DNA of 64,000 nt from contig VSPN01000005.1 in the NCBI GenBank assembly GCA_009775355.1, positions 6,563 through 70,562 on the forward strand, read 5' to 3'. The notes under the pieces are model-generated. The model was not told the origin of the DNA. It ran no database searches and saw only the letters and a program-made list of their open reading frames with translations. This document shows positions 46,760 to 56,488 of the stretch, piece by piece (the first letter of the stretch is position 1; each line of letters opens with the position of its first letter). This DNA is from Muribaculaceae bacterium (GTDB taxonomy: Bacteria; Bacteroidota; Bacteroidia; Bacteroidales; Muribaculaceae). The position numbers and the translations under genes were made by a program.

Positions 46760-47887
46760 ATGGCACGCAACAACGTGATATCCATTTGCAAGGGCATCGC
46801 AATAATTCTCATGGTGGCCGGGCATGCCGAACCTCCGACTCTCATCTCCAACTTCATCTACATCTTCCACATGCCGCTCTTTTTCATAACGGCAGGCTAT
46901 TTCTTCAGCCGGAAGCATCTCGATGCGCCATGGGAGTTCTGTGCCCGACGTTTCAAAAGCCTTTACGTGCCTTTTCTGAAATGGAGTGTGCTCTTCCTTG
47001 TCCTGCACAATCTCTGGTTTGAGATCGGACTGCTCAACGAGCAGTTCGGCAACTGGACCGGCGGTGTGACGCATCCCTACACCTGGAGACAGTTTTTCCA
47101 GCGTCTTTTCATGATTGTCACCTCAATGAGCGGATATGACGAGTTCATGGCCGGGGCATTCTGGTTCTTCAGGGGACTTCTTGTTGCGAGCATCATGTTT
47201 CTTGTTCTCAACAGGCTGTTTGAAAGACTGATCGATAAGCATACAGACCTTTCTCCCGTGTGGGCTGTGATTGCCGTTTGTGTGGCCGCACTCGCATTCA
47301 ATGCCTATCGTCTCGGATTCGGATTCAGGATTCAGACCATTCCCAATGGTGGTCTGCGTGAGGTGTGGGGAGTCTTCTTTTTCGGTATCGGAGTGCTTTA
47401 CCGGCATTATGAGAATGCTGTAGGCTCTCGCTGGTGGTTGTCTGCCGGATGTCTGGCGGTAATGTGCGTCGGCGCATGGTCCCATTGGTGCGGAATGAAC
47501 AATAGCGGCCAGCTTCGCGATATTGTCACGTTGCCTCTGACGGGCGTGGCCGGATTTCTCCTGACAAGGCATGTCGCGTCTATTATAGAGGCTGCAGGCG
47601 GGTTTGTGTCGCGTCTGCTTGTTTACATCGGCAACAATACACTCTATGTGTTTGTTTTCCACATAATCTCGTTCAAGGCGGTGTCGCTGCTGAAGATATG
47701 GTGGTACGGACTTGATCCTGCTCAGATAGGATGCCACATGGTGATACACTACAATAATCACGAAGATCTGTTCTGGCTGCTATATACTGTGGCCGGAACC
47801 GCAATTCCGCTTCTCGGCCTTGAATTGTGGCGTCGCCGCCGGTCGCTGATTTCGCGTTTCTCCGGAATCGCCGCACAACGGAGCTGA
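46760..47887 (+). CDS. acyltransferase family 3 integral membrane protein
   Basis: N-terminus is ISICKGIAIILMVAGH; about 10 TM segments; 375 aa. Confidence 0.75.
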   Translation: MARNNVISICKGIAIILMVAGHAEPPTLISNFIYIFHMPLFFITAGYFFSRKHLDAPWEFCARRFKSLYVPFLKWSVLFLVLHNLWFEIGLLNEQFGNWTGGVTHPYTWRQFFQRLFMIVTSMSGYDEFMAGAFWFFRGLLVASIMFLVLNRLFERLIDKHTDLSPVWAVIAVCVAALAFNAYRLGFGFRIQTIPNGGLREVWGVFFFGIGVLYRHYENAVGSRWWLSAGCLAVMCVGAWSHWCGMNNSGQLRDIVTLPLTGVAGFLLTRHVASIIEAAGGFVSRLLVYIGNNTLYVFVFHIISFKAVSLLKIWWYGLDPAQIGCHMVIHYNNHEDLFWLLYTVAGTAIPLLGLELWRRRRSLISRFSGIAAQRS

Positions 47888-47913
47888 TCGGATCCCGATG
47901 ATTTCTCATATAG

Positions 47914-47940
47914 GCTGTCTGTTTTCAGACAGCTTTTTTT
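47914..47940 (+). terminator. Rho-independent terminator after the acyltransferase gene
   Basis: gctgtctg/cagacagc stem followed by T7. Confidence 0.8.
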
Positions 47941-47973
47941 GTCGCAACTGTAACAGGTGTCAGGTTTTGTGCG

Positions 47974-48161
47974 TTAAGTAAGTGTTCAAATTTAATTTAT
48001 ACAATATGCGAGCTTGTTTTTTAGTCGCTTCCGGTGCGGAGCGAAGGAGCATAGCGGGCTATGCGACTGAGCGACAAGTCGGAAGCGACTAAAAAGAAGC
48101 TGCAGATTGTATAAAAGATATTTCAGCACTTACTATCGTTTAAATTTGAACACTTACTTAA
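47974..48161. repeat. 188-bp nested inverted-repeat (MITE-like/long-hairpin) element
   Basis: Perfect 22-bp terminal inverted repeats TTAAGTAAGTGTTCAAATTTAA (47974-47995 and 48140-48161). Inner arm pairs are ttatacaat/attgtataa and gcttgttttttagtcgcttccg/cggaagcgactaaaaagaagc. The central hairpin is gcatagc-ggg-ctatgc. Confidence 0.8.
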
Positions 48162-48188
48162 GTAAAAAGAACATAACAACTGTATTCT

Positions 48189-49457
48189 ATGTCTGCGAGA
48201 TCTGGACTTGCCGCGCTCCTGTCGGGTGTGTTTTTGCTGCTGTCGCCCGTTACCGGGCGTGCCACTGTCGTATTGGATTCAGCCACTGTGCAGCCGTTGC
48301 CGAGAGCATCGGTTTTCGACAGAAAGGGGAAACTTGTCGGGTTCTGTTCGGACTCGGGAATTGTTCCTCTTCTGGATGAAACGTCATATCCGCTCGTGGT
48401 CCGTGTCATGGGCTACGCCACAGACGAAGTTGCAAACCCAAGGCAGAAGAGTGTGATACTGTCAAAGATCGATTTCGATCTTCCGGAAGTCGTGGTCGAG
48501 TCAAAGAAACGTCAGGTACTTCATATCACCGCCTATCTTCGCGAATACTCCACACTAAGCACTTATTCCGATACGGTGCTCCTGTTCCGTGAAAAGACTG
48601 TGGATTTTATGGTGCCCACAAAAAAAGCGGGGAATTTCAAAGGGTGGCTTGACCCTCGTGTGCTCGCCTCCAGATCATATTACCATTTCTCCGGTCCGGA
48701 AGGTCTCGACAGTGTCAGCAATCATTTCGGACAGCATTTCTCCTGGTCGGACTGGATAGGCATATTTCCGTCACGCGAACTGCCGCATCGGCTCAGAAAC
48801 GAGACTCTGGCCACAGATACCGTCTATGGCCGATACAGTCCGTCTGTGATATGGAGTCGTGACGATATGAATGTCGGTCTCGAAGTCGATATCATGGCCG
48901 ACAAGGAGAACCGCAGTTTCATGCCCGGACTGTTTGACCTGTTCGGAAGAAAGGTCGAATTCACACAATTCAACATACGCTATTTCTTTTCGGGAGTTGA
49001 CGGAGACAAAGTATACGCTGACAATCTTGCGCGGATGTCTTTCAATATCGAGTCAAACGGACGGGGACGCAAAGTGCGTCATCTTCTCGCATCCGATGGC
49101 CCGGCCTATGTCGACACATACGCCGAGCTGTACGTGACGGATCTCGAATACATCAGCGTGGCCGATGCATGTCGTCTGGAAAAACGCCCTCCTTCAGCCG
49201 AAGAGATTGGTATCAATGCCCCGCCCGATGCTCCGGAACTTCAGCCTGCAATCGCCGATTTAGTCTGTCGCGTCGAAAATTTCGATTACATCGGTCACCG
49301 TCTTGTGGAGAAGGCTGATCCGAGATATGCGGGAAAGACCATTCCAGAGCATTTTCAAAAACGCCCCAATTTTGTGGTCAGGGCATTGAGGTCGATCATC
49401 AAAGACAATGTGTGGCCGAGTTCGGGAATGCAGGGAAAGTTCGTTCTCGGGCGTTAG
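48189..49457 (+). CDS. hypothetical secreted protein with an N-terminal carboxypeptidase-regulatory-like domain
   Basis: A signal peptide is followed by VVLDSATVQPLPRASVFDRKGKLVGFCSDSGIVPL...VMGYATDEV (CarboxypepD_reg-like). Confidence 0.55.
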   Translation: MSARSGLAALLSGVFLLLSPVTGRATVVLDSATVQPLPRASVFDRKGKLVGFCSDSGIVPLLDETSYPLVVRVMGYATDEVANPRQKSVILSKIDFDLPEVVVESKKRQVLHITAYLREYSTLSTYSDTVLLFREKTVDFMVPTKKAGNFKGWLDPRVLASRSYYHFSGPEGLDSVSNHFGQHFSWSDWIGIFPSRELPHRLRNETLATDTVYGRYSPSVIWSRDDMNVGLEVDIMADKENRSFMPGLFDLFGRKVEFTQFNIRYFFSGVDGDKVYADNLARMSFNIESNGRGRKVRHLLASDGPAYVDTYAELYVTDLEYISVADACRLEKRPPSAEEIGINAPPDAPELQPAIADLVCRVENFDYIGHRLVEKADPRYAGKTIPEHFQKRPNFVVRALRSIIKDNVWPSSGMQGKFVLGR

Positions 49458-49541
49458 GGCGCGCTCTTGACCGCTCGCCGGAGTCAGAGAGGGGGAGGTC
49501 TCGCCCGCGCGACTTAGGAATACGCGATTTAGGAATATATG

Positions 49542-49577
49542 AAAAAGGGGAATCCGGACACGCCGGATTCCCCTTTT
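49542..49577. terminator. bidirectional Rho-independent terminator between convergent genes
   Basis: ggggaatccgg/ccggattcccc stem with A5 on the left and T4 on the right. Confidence 0.75.
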
Positions 49578-49596
49578 CATAGATTTATGATATTTC

Positions 49597-50805
49597 TTAG
49601 AAATATGTCTCGAGAGCGTAGTTGATGTTCTCCAGAATGTAGTTGACGTCACTGTCGGAAGGATCGAGTGCCTGAGCACGCTCTGCTATTGATTTGGCGG
49701 CCTCGAAATAGTTGACTTTCACGTCCTGTCGTTTCTCGGGCTGGTTGCCTTCGATGTTGTTCCAGATCATGGTTCCTGAGGTGTAGATCTTTTTCGCTGC
49801 GTTCTTGAGAGTCTCGATGTCGGCGTTGTCGAACGATGCTGCCTTGCGGTAGTCGGCGAGCGAGGCGGCGTCATCGCCTCTGCGGTCGTTGACATATCCG
49901 CGAAGGCCGTAAAGGAAAGCCATGTCGGGAGTCTTGTCGATCTGCGATCCGATCAGTGCCACCGCGTCATCCTTGCGGTCCTGCTGGAGAAGGGCGTTCA
50001 CAAGGTTGTTGAGGAAAAGCGGATTGGTTATGCCGAAATTGTCATAGCCTGCGCGGGCTATACCCTCGATCTCCTTTTTGGCGGTATCCTCAAGAGTCGA
50101 GTCGCGGAGCGCGAGGTTCTGCCAGCATGCTATCTCGTAGACATAGTTCTGCGGATCGGTGATTCCAGCCTTGCGGGCTTTCTCAAATGCGCCGAGAGCC
50201 TCTTTGAGGGCATTGCCCGAGTAGGCTCCGATGCCGGCGTAATGGTAGGCGAGTGCAACCATCGAGTCGGGCACTGCTTTGACTGCCTTGTCGGCCCAGG
50301 GCTGCGAAGGAATGTCGCCGTATATCATGAACGCGTTGTATGCCTCGGGGTAGTAGTGCTTGCTGTTGAACATCTCGCCGCCGAAGTTGAAATAGTCGTT
50401 GTGATGGCCGTTGATGCGGCTGATCATGTCTTTCGAATGTTTCGGCTTGACCTGACCCTTCTCGTTGGGCACCGAATCAAGAGGAAGAGCCTTGAGGAAG
50501 TAGTTGTATCCGTTCACGAGCTCGTTGCCCATGTCAAGGATATTGACCGCAGGATCATCCGGGTTGATGGCGCGTTTCTTGAAACCTTCATCGAAAGCGT
50601 CGAACTCCACTTTGCCAGCCACATAATACGTACGTGCCTCATTGGCCGTCTCCGGATTTGACGCCGCCTGACTGATCAGCGCGCGGGCATCGGCGATCTT
50701 GTCGATCTTGCCTGAGAGTTTTGCAGCCTGGTCGACTGCATCCTTCTGTGCGCTCATTGTGCCTACAGCCGTAAGACAAAGAGCCATCGTCAGAATCTTT
50801 CTCAT
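49597..50805 (-). CDS. TPR-like helical-repeat protein with signal peptide
   Basis: 402 aa with a signal peptide and repeated ...A..YY.aG...Y..A helical motifs. It lies downstream of gyrA. Confidence 0.55.
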   Translation of the reverse strand: MRKILTMALCLTAVGTMSAQKDAVDQAAKLSGKIDKIADARALISQAASNPETANEARTYYVAGKVEFDAFDEGFKKRAINPDDPAVNILDMGNELVNGYNYFLKALPLDSVPNEKGQVKPKHSKDMISRINGHHNDYFNFGGEMFNSKHYYPEAYNAFMIYGDIPSQPWADKAVKAVPDSMVALAYHYAGIGAYSGNALKEALGAFEKARKAGITDPQNYVYEIACWQNLALRDSTLEDTAKKEIEGIARAGYDNFGITNPLFLNNLVNALLQQDRKDDAVALIGSQIDKTPDMAFLYGLRGYVNDRRGDDAASLADYRKAASFDNADIETLKNAAKKIYTSGTMIWNNIEGNQPEKRQDVKVNYFEAAKSIAERAQALDPSDSDVNYILENINYALETYF

Positions 50806-50858
50806 AGTTTTAAGTTTTAAGTGTAAGTATGTGTTTGTAATTATTTATAGCGATTGTT

Positions 50859-53462
50859 TTACTGCTCCTCTTCAGTCAATCCGTCAGAAGTGGTCTCGCC
50901 GTCGGCCTCTGCCTCTTCTTCAGCCATGATCTCTTCGGCCTCGCGTATCACACGGTCTTCCGCACGCATGATGCGGGTTTCTTCAGACTCGGCCTCAAGC
51001 TCCTCCTCGATCTCCTCTTCCGGCTGCGAATCGACCTTGCATACCGATGCGATCGTGTCGCCGCGCTTTCCGAGGTCGATGAGCTTGACTCCCTGGGTGG
51101 CGCGTCCCATCACGCGGATATCGGCCACGGGCAGACGCAGAGTCACGCCGCTCTCGTTGATGATCATCAGGTCGTTGGAGTCGTTGACGTTCTTGATCGA
51201 CACAAGAGCTCCGGTCTTGTCGGTGATGCTCATTGTCTTCACACCCTTTCCGCCGCGGTTGGTGATGCGGTAGTCATCAAGAGCCGAACGCTTGCCGTAT
51301 CCGTTTTCTGAAACGACCATGACTGTCTCGTCGGGCGATCCTGTCATGGTGATCATGCCGACCACCTCGTCTCCCTCGTCGAGGGTCATGGCCTTCACGC
51401 CCTGCGACATGCGGCCCATGCTTCTTACGGTCTGCTCGTTGAACCTGATGGCGCGGCCCTTGCGGTTGGCCATGATGATCTCCGAGTTCCCGTCGGTGAG
51501 GCGCACGCTGATCACTTCGTCATCCTCTCGGATCACTATGGCGTTGACTCCGATGGCTCGCGGACGCGAATATGCGGCAAGCTGTGTCTTCTTGATGAAT
51601 CCGCGGCGAGTGCCGAACACAAGGTTGTGGGTCGTGTTGAACGCAGGGTCGGTAAGCCCTTTGACGCGGATGAAGGCGTTCACTCTGTCATCCTGATCGA
51701 TCTGAAGCAGATTCTGGATGGCGCGTCCTTTCGAATTTCTCGCACCCTCGGGAATCTCATATACCTTGAGCCAGTAGCAGCGACCTTTCTGAGTGAAGAA
51801 AAGCATGTGGTTGTGGTTCGTGGCCGGATAGATATATTCGATGAAGTCCTCGTCGCGGGTGGAGCTTCCTTTCGAGCCTACGCCGCCACGGTGCTGCGCG
51901 CGGAATTCGCTAAGCGGAGTGCGTTTGATGTAGCCGAGATGCGAGATCGTGATGATCATCTTGTCGTCGGCATAGAAGTCTTCGGAATTGAAATCGCCCG
52001 AGAAGGGGTTGATCTTCGTGCGGCGCTCGTCGCCATATTTGTCGCGGATCTCCACAAGCTCCTCCTTGATAACCTCGCGGAGCACGTGCTCGTTGCTGAG
52101 AATGTCGTTGTAGTGGGCGATGAGGCGCATCAGCTCGTCATATTCGGCGCGGAGTTTCTCCATCTCCAGACCGGTGAGCTGGCGTAGACGCATCTCGACA
52201 ATGGCACGCGTCTGTATCTCGTCGAGACCGAACCGCTCGGCCAGACGGGTTCTTGCCTCGTCGGTGGTCTCGCTGCCTCTGATGATGGCTATCACCTCGT
52301 CGATGTTGTCGGTGGCGATCATCAGTCCCTTGAGTATGTGGGCGCGTTCCTCGGCCTTGCGCAGATCGTAGCGTGTGCGGCGGAGAACCACTTCGCGGCG
52401 ATGATCCACGAATGCCTGAAGTATTTCCTTAAGGTTGAGGGTTTTCGGACGACCGTCGACAAGAGCCACATTGTTGACGCTGAAAGAAGTCTGCAGCTGT
52501 GTCATTTTGTAAAGCTTGTTGAGCACGACTTTGGCGTTGGCATCCTTCTTTATATCGATCACTATATTGATCTTGCCGCGAGCCGATGTGTCGGTCACAT
52601 CGGCTATGCCTTCGATCTTCTTCTCTTCGGCGAGCTGTATGATCGATTTGACGAGTTCTCCCTTGAGCACCCCGTAGGGAATCTCGGAGACGACTATCAC
52701 ATCGTGGTTTCCTTCGGTCTCGATTTCCGCTTTCGCACGTAGCACGACGCGGCCGCGGCCAGTCTCATATGCGTCGCGCACGCCCTGGAGTCCGAAGATC
52801 TCGCCTCCGGTCGGGAAGTCGGGAGCCTTAACGTGCTCCATGAGCTCGTCGATGGTCATGTCGGGATTGTCGACAAGCGCGATCGAGGCGTCGAGCGATT
52901 CGGTCAGATTGTGCGGAGGCATGTTTGTCGCCATGCCGACAGCGATTCCCGCCGCTCCGTTCACAAGAAGGTTGGGTATGCGTGTCGGAAGCACTGAAGG
53001 CTCATGTAGCGTGTTGTCGAAGTTGGGCACGAAGTCAACAGTTTCCTTGTCAAGGTCTCGCAGAAGCTCCTCGCCCATGCGGGCCAGCTTGACCTCGGTG
53101 TATCGCATGGCGGCGGGAGAGTCTCCGTCGATCGAACCGAAGTTTCCCTGTCCGAACACGAGAGGGTAGCGGAGTGACCAGTCCTGTGCGAGTCGCACCA
53201 TGGTCAGATATATCGAAGAGTCTCCATGAGGGTGATATTTACCCATGACCTCTCCGACTATACGGGCAGATTTCTTTGTCTCGCCCGATGAAGTGTTTCC
53301 AAGTTCGTTCATTCCGAACAGTACCCTACGGTGCACTGGCTTGAAACCGTCGCGCACATCGGGAAGGGCACGAGATACGATCACCGACATCGAGTAGTCG
53401 ATGTAGGCGCTTTTCATTTCCGATTCGATATTGATCGGAATAATCTTGTCGTCTCCTTGCAT
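50859..53462 (-). CDS. gyrA: DNA gyrase subunit A
   Basis: KYHPHGDSSIY (QRDR), active-site AAMRYTEVKL, C-terminal beta-pinwheel repeats and an acidic tail. Confidence 0.95.
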   Translation of the reverse strand: MQGDDKIIPINIESEMKSAYIDYSMSVIVSRALPDVRDGFKPVHRRVLFGMNELGNTSSGETKKSARIVGEVMGKYHPHGDSSIYLTMVRLAQDWSLRYPLVFGQGNFGSIDGDSPAAMRYTEVKLARMGEELLRDLDKETVDFVPNFDNTLHEPSVLPTRIPNLLVNGAAGIAVGMATNMPPHNLTESLDASIALVDNPDMTIDELMEHVKAPDFPTGGEIFGLQGVRDAYETGRGRVVLRAKAEIETEGNHDVIVVSEIPYGVLKGELVKSIIQLAEEKKIEGIADVTDTSARGKINIVIDIKKDANAKVVLNKLYKMTQLQTSFSVNNVALVDGRPKTLNLKEILQAFVDHRREVVLRRTRYDLRKAEERAHILKGLMIATDNIDEVIAIIRGSETTDEARTRLAERFGLDEIQTRAIVEMRLRQLTGLEMEKLRAEYDELMRLIAHYNDILSNEHVLREVIKEELVEIRDKYGDERRTKINPFSGDFNSEDFYADDKMIITISHLGYIKRTPLSEFRAQHRGGVGSKGSSTRDEDFIEYIYPATNHNHMLFFTQKGRCYWLKVYEIPEGARNSKGRAIQNLLQIDQDDRVNAFIRVKGLTDPAFNTTHNLVFGTRRGFIKKTQLAAYSRPRAIGVNAIVIREDDEVISVRLTDGNSEIIMANRKGRAIRFNEQTVRSMGRMSQGVKAMTLDEGDEVVGMITMTGSPDETVMVVSENGYGKRSALDDYRITNRGGKGVKTMSITDKTGALVSIKNVNDSNDLMIINESGVTLRLPVADIRVMGRATQGVKLIDLGKRGDTIASVCKVDSQPEEEIEEELEAESEETRIMRAEDRVIREAEEIMAEEEAEADGETTSDGLTEEEQ

Positions 53463-53552
53463 TATTTCTGTGTAATGTAAATAAGTTTAGACAACTTCAT
53501 TGTCTGTGCGGGGAGGTTTGCCCGCGCACGGCGCGTTCTTTCCTCCAATTGA

Positions 53553-53560
53553 CAAAATTA
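53553..53560 (-). promoter_or_regulatory. -7 promoter box (TAATTTTG on minus strand) for gyrA
   Basis: Exact TAnnTTTG match ~90 nt upstream of the gyrA ATG. Confidence 0.4.
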
Positions 53561-53762
53561 CAAAAAAAATACGACTTTTTTCTCTTTTTTCAGCAAAATG
53601 AGACAAATTAAATCGACTGTTTCCGGCAAATGAAATGGCCCGTGCGGTCGTGCCGCCGGGCCATGTTTGTCGCAGTCTTGTCCGAGGTTCAGACCCCGGT
53701 CCTCAAAAAAAGTTGATGCTGGGGTCGTGGATTCCTGTATTGACTTTTTTTGTGGTGTGGGC

Positions 53763-56333
53763 TTATTCCACTGGCCTGTAATCCAGAGTAAGCCTGTCAT
53801 CTCCGTTCTTGTATGTCACGCTTATCTTGCCTCCTATCTGCCCGTCTGCCCCGAGTCTGAGCATAAGTTCGGCAAGCTCGTCTTCGAGATATTTCTGGAT
53901 GGAGCGCTTCAGTGGCCGGGCTCCGAAATTACGGTCATATCCCTTTTCGGCAATGAAGTCGCGTGCCTCGTCCGAAAGCTCAAGACGGAAGCCGAGTTTC
54001 TCGACTCGGGCGAAGAAGTCGCGGAGCTCGATGTCGATGATGCTGAAGATTGCATCGCGGTCGAGCTGGTCGAACATGATTATGTCATCAACCCTGTTGA
54101 TGAACTCCGGCGAGAAAGCTCTGTTGAGGGCTTTCGAGATCACGCCGTGCGCCTGCTCTTTGCTGACTGCGGCTGTGTTGAAGCCGACACCGCCGCCGAA
54201 GTCTTTGAGCTGTCGTGACCCGACGTTGCTTGTCATTATCAGGATGGTGTTCTTGAAGTCGATCTTGCGTCCGAGTGAGTCGGTCAGACGTCCCTCGTCC
54301 ATAACCTGCAGCAGGAGATTGAACACATCGGGATGCGCTTTCTCGATCTCGTCGAGCAGTACGACCGAATAGGGCTTGCGGCGAACTTTCTCAGTCAGTT
54401 GGCCTCCCTCTTCGTAGCCCACATATCCCGGAGGCGCGCCAACCAGCCGCGATACAGTGAATTTTTCCATGAACTCGCTCATGTCGACACGGATCAGTGC
54501 ATCGGTAGAGTCAAAAAGATATTCAGCCAGCTTTTTCGCAAGAAGAGTCTTTCCGACACCTGTCGGGCCGAGAAACATGAATACTCCGATCGGTTTGTCT
54601 GGATCCTTGAGTCCGATGCGGTTGCGCTGTATTGCCTTTACCACTTTCTTTATCGCGTCGTTCTGGCCGATTACTGACCCTTTGAGCGATTCGCCCATCT
54701 GTATCAGGCGAGTGCCCTCGGCCTGGGCTATGCGCTGTGTGGGCACACCTGTCATCAGTGCAACGACCTCTGCCACTTTTTCGTCGTCTACTTCCTGTCT
54801 GTCGTTGCTCAGGCTCTCCTCCCAGTTTTTCTTCGCTGTCTCGAGCGCAGCTTTGGTTTTTACAACCTCGTCGCGCAGCGCGGCAGCTTTTTCGTAGTCC
54901 TGAGATTTGGCTGCCGCAAGTTTCTCTTGTGTGAGCGTGTCGATTTTTTTCTCAAGAGTTTCGATCTCTTCGGGAACGATTATATTGGTTATATGCACGC
55001 GGCTGCCGGCTTCGTCAAGCGCGTCGAGTGCCTTGTCGGGGAAGTTGCGGTCGCTAACATACCTCTCGGTCAGGTTGACGCAGGCCTCGAGAGCTTCGTC
55101 GGTGTACGTGACGTTGTGGTGATCTTCGTATTTCTCTTTCACCTGACGAAGTATCTCAAGTGTCTCCTCGGGAGTGGTAGGCTCTACCATCACTTTCTGA
55201 AAGCGGCGTTCGAGAGCTCCGTCTTTCTCGATGTTCTGCCTGTATTCGTCGAGGGTGGTGGCACCGATGCACTGAATCTCGCCGCGTGCCAGAGCGGGCT
55301 TGAGTATGTTGGCCGCATCCATTGACCCGGGCGCGCTGCCGGCGCCTACAATGGTGTGTATCTCGTCGATGAAGAGTATTATGTCGGGATTCTTGGAGAG
55401 TTCGTCGAGCACGGTCTTTATGCGTTCCTCAAACTGGCCGCGATATTTAGTGCCCGCTACCATGCCGGTCATGTCGAGCCCGATTACACGCTTGCCGTAA
55501 AGTACACGCGACACCTTGCGCTGAACGATGCGAAGTGCGAGACCCTCGACGATTGCCGATTTGCCGACTCCAGGCTCTCCTATGAGAACCGGGTTGTTTT
55601 TCTTGCGGCGCGATAGGATCTGGGCAAGACGCTCGATTTCATTTTCACGGCCCACTACGGGGTCAAGACGTCCCTCGGCAGCTGCCTTGGTCATGTCGTA
55701 GCCGAACTTGTCGAGAGCCGGAGTGTCGCTTTTGCGGCCTTTGGATTCTCCGCGTTGTGCGGCTCTGCCCGACGGCCGCCCTGCGGCCGGTGTTTCCGAT
55801 GCCGGAGCTTCCGGAGCGTCATCCTCTTCATCCTCATCCTCATCTTCGCCAGTCTCATTACCCATCGTCGGCATCCCTCCCGGTCCTCCGAAACTCTGCA
55901 CGGAGATGTCGAAGTTAAGATATTCATCTTTGATGTGCTGCAGGACCGGAGAGTCCATGGCGCGTTTGTCGTGTATGAGGGCGAGCAGGATATGCTCGCT
56001 CCCGATGACATGCGCGTTCATCTTTCTCGCTTCTGAAGTGGCAAGCTGCAGATGGCGTATAGCTGCAAGATTGATCTTGTATTGCTGCTCGAAGAGTGTG
56101 GTGGTCTCGCCAGTCTGATGAGGTTCGGAAAGGTACTCTTCGAGTTCCTCTATTATCTTGTCTGTAGGAATATTTAGCTGTGAAAGTATCTTGAAAGCAT
56201 ATCCATCCTGCTGTCTCATGGCACCGAGCACGAAATGCTCTGCCACAATGACAGGGGAATTGAACCTGTTGGCCTCGCCGAGGGCGATCTCAAGCATGGG
56301 CCTGAACTGTTTGGAATAATCGTTCTTCATCAA
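53763..56333 (-). CDS. clpC: ATP-dependent Clp/Hsp100 chaperone, ClpC-type (two AAA+ modules plus UVR motif)
   Basis: Clp_N repeats; [15 protein letters not shown] and [15 protein letters not shown] Walker A motifs; and the UVR-like [14 protein letters not shown]. An acidic low-complexity insert follows the N-domain. Confidence 0.85.
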   Translation of the reverse strand: MMKNDYSKQFRPMLEIALGEANRFNSPVIVAEHFVLGAMRQQDGYAFKILSQLNIPTDKIIEELEEYLSEPHQTGETTTLFEQQYKINLAAIRHLQLATSEARKMNAHVIGSEHILLALIHDKRAMDSPVLQHIKDEYLNFDISVQSFGGPGGMPTMGNETGEDEDEDEEDDAPEAPASETPAAGRPSGRAAQRGESKGRKSDTPALDKFGYDMTKAAAEGRLDPVVGRENEIERLAQILSRRKKNNPVLIGEPGVGKSAIVEGLALRIVQRKVSRVLYGKRVIGLDMTGMVAGTKYRGQFEERIKTVLDELSKNPDIILFIDEIHTIVGAGSAPGSMDAANILKPALARGEIQCIGATTLDEYRQNIEKDGALERRFQKVMVEPTTPEETLEILRQVKEKYEDHHNVTYTDEALEACVNLTERYVSDRNFPDKALDALDEAGSRVHITNIIVPEEIETLEKKIDTLTQEKLAAAKSQDYEKAAALRDEVVKTKAALETAKKNWEESLSNDRQEVDDEKVAEVVALMTGVPTQRIAQAEGTRLIQMGESLKGSVIGQNDAIKKVVKAIQRNRIGLKDPDKPIGVFMFLGPTGVGKTLLAKKLAEYLFDSTDALIRVDMSEFMEKFTVSRLVGAPPGYVGYEEGGQLTEKVRRKPYSVVLLDEIEKAHPDVFNLLLQVMDEGRLTDSLGRKIDFKNTILIMTSNVGSRQLKDFGGGVGFNTAAVSKEQAHGVISKALNRAFSPEFINRVDDIIMFDQLDRDAIFSIIDIELRDFFARVEKLGFRLELSDEARDFIAEKGYDRNFGARPLKRSIQKYLEDELAELMLRLGADGQIGGKISVTYKNGDDRLTLDYRPVE

Positions 56334-56373
56334 AATTTTTATCGGTTTATCGTATTAATAACAAATCGTGTGC

Positions 56374-56381
56374 CAAAGTTA
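56374..56381 (-). promoter_or_regulatory. -7 promoter box (TAACTTTG on minus strand) for clpC
   Basis: Exact TAnnTTTG match ~40 nt upstream of the ATG. Confidence 0.4.
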
Positions 56382-56412
56382 TGGAATTGATATGCGATAT
56401 TGACGGAAAACG

Positions 56413-56466
56413 CAGCCGGACTGCTGTGGCGTTTCCTGTTTATGAAACGTGTAGGCAGTCCGGCTG
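56413..56466 (-). terminator. feoAB terminator (12-bp stem with an inner hairpin)
   Basis: cagccggactgc (56413-56424) pairs perfectly with gcagtccggctg (56455-56466). On the minus-strand RNA the stem is followed by CGUUUUCC. Confidence 0.5.
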
Positions 56467-56488
56467 ATTGTGTATGATGTCTGTAATG

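Noticed and set aside
55790-55870. Simple-sequence tract (catcctc/ttcatcc repeats) inside clpC.
   Set aside because: It encodes an in-frame acidic linker ([11 protein letters not shown]) between the N-domain and the first AAA+ module. It is low-complexity coding sequence, not a repeat element.
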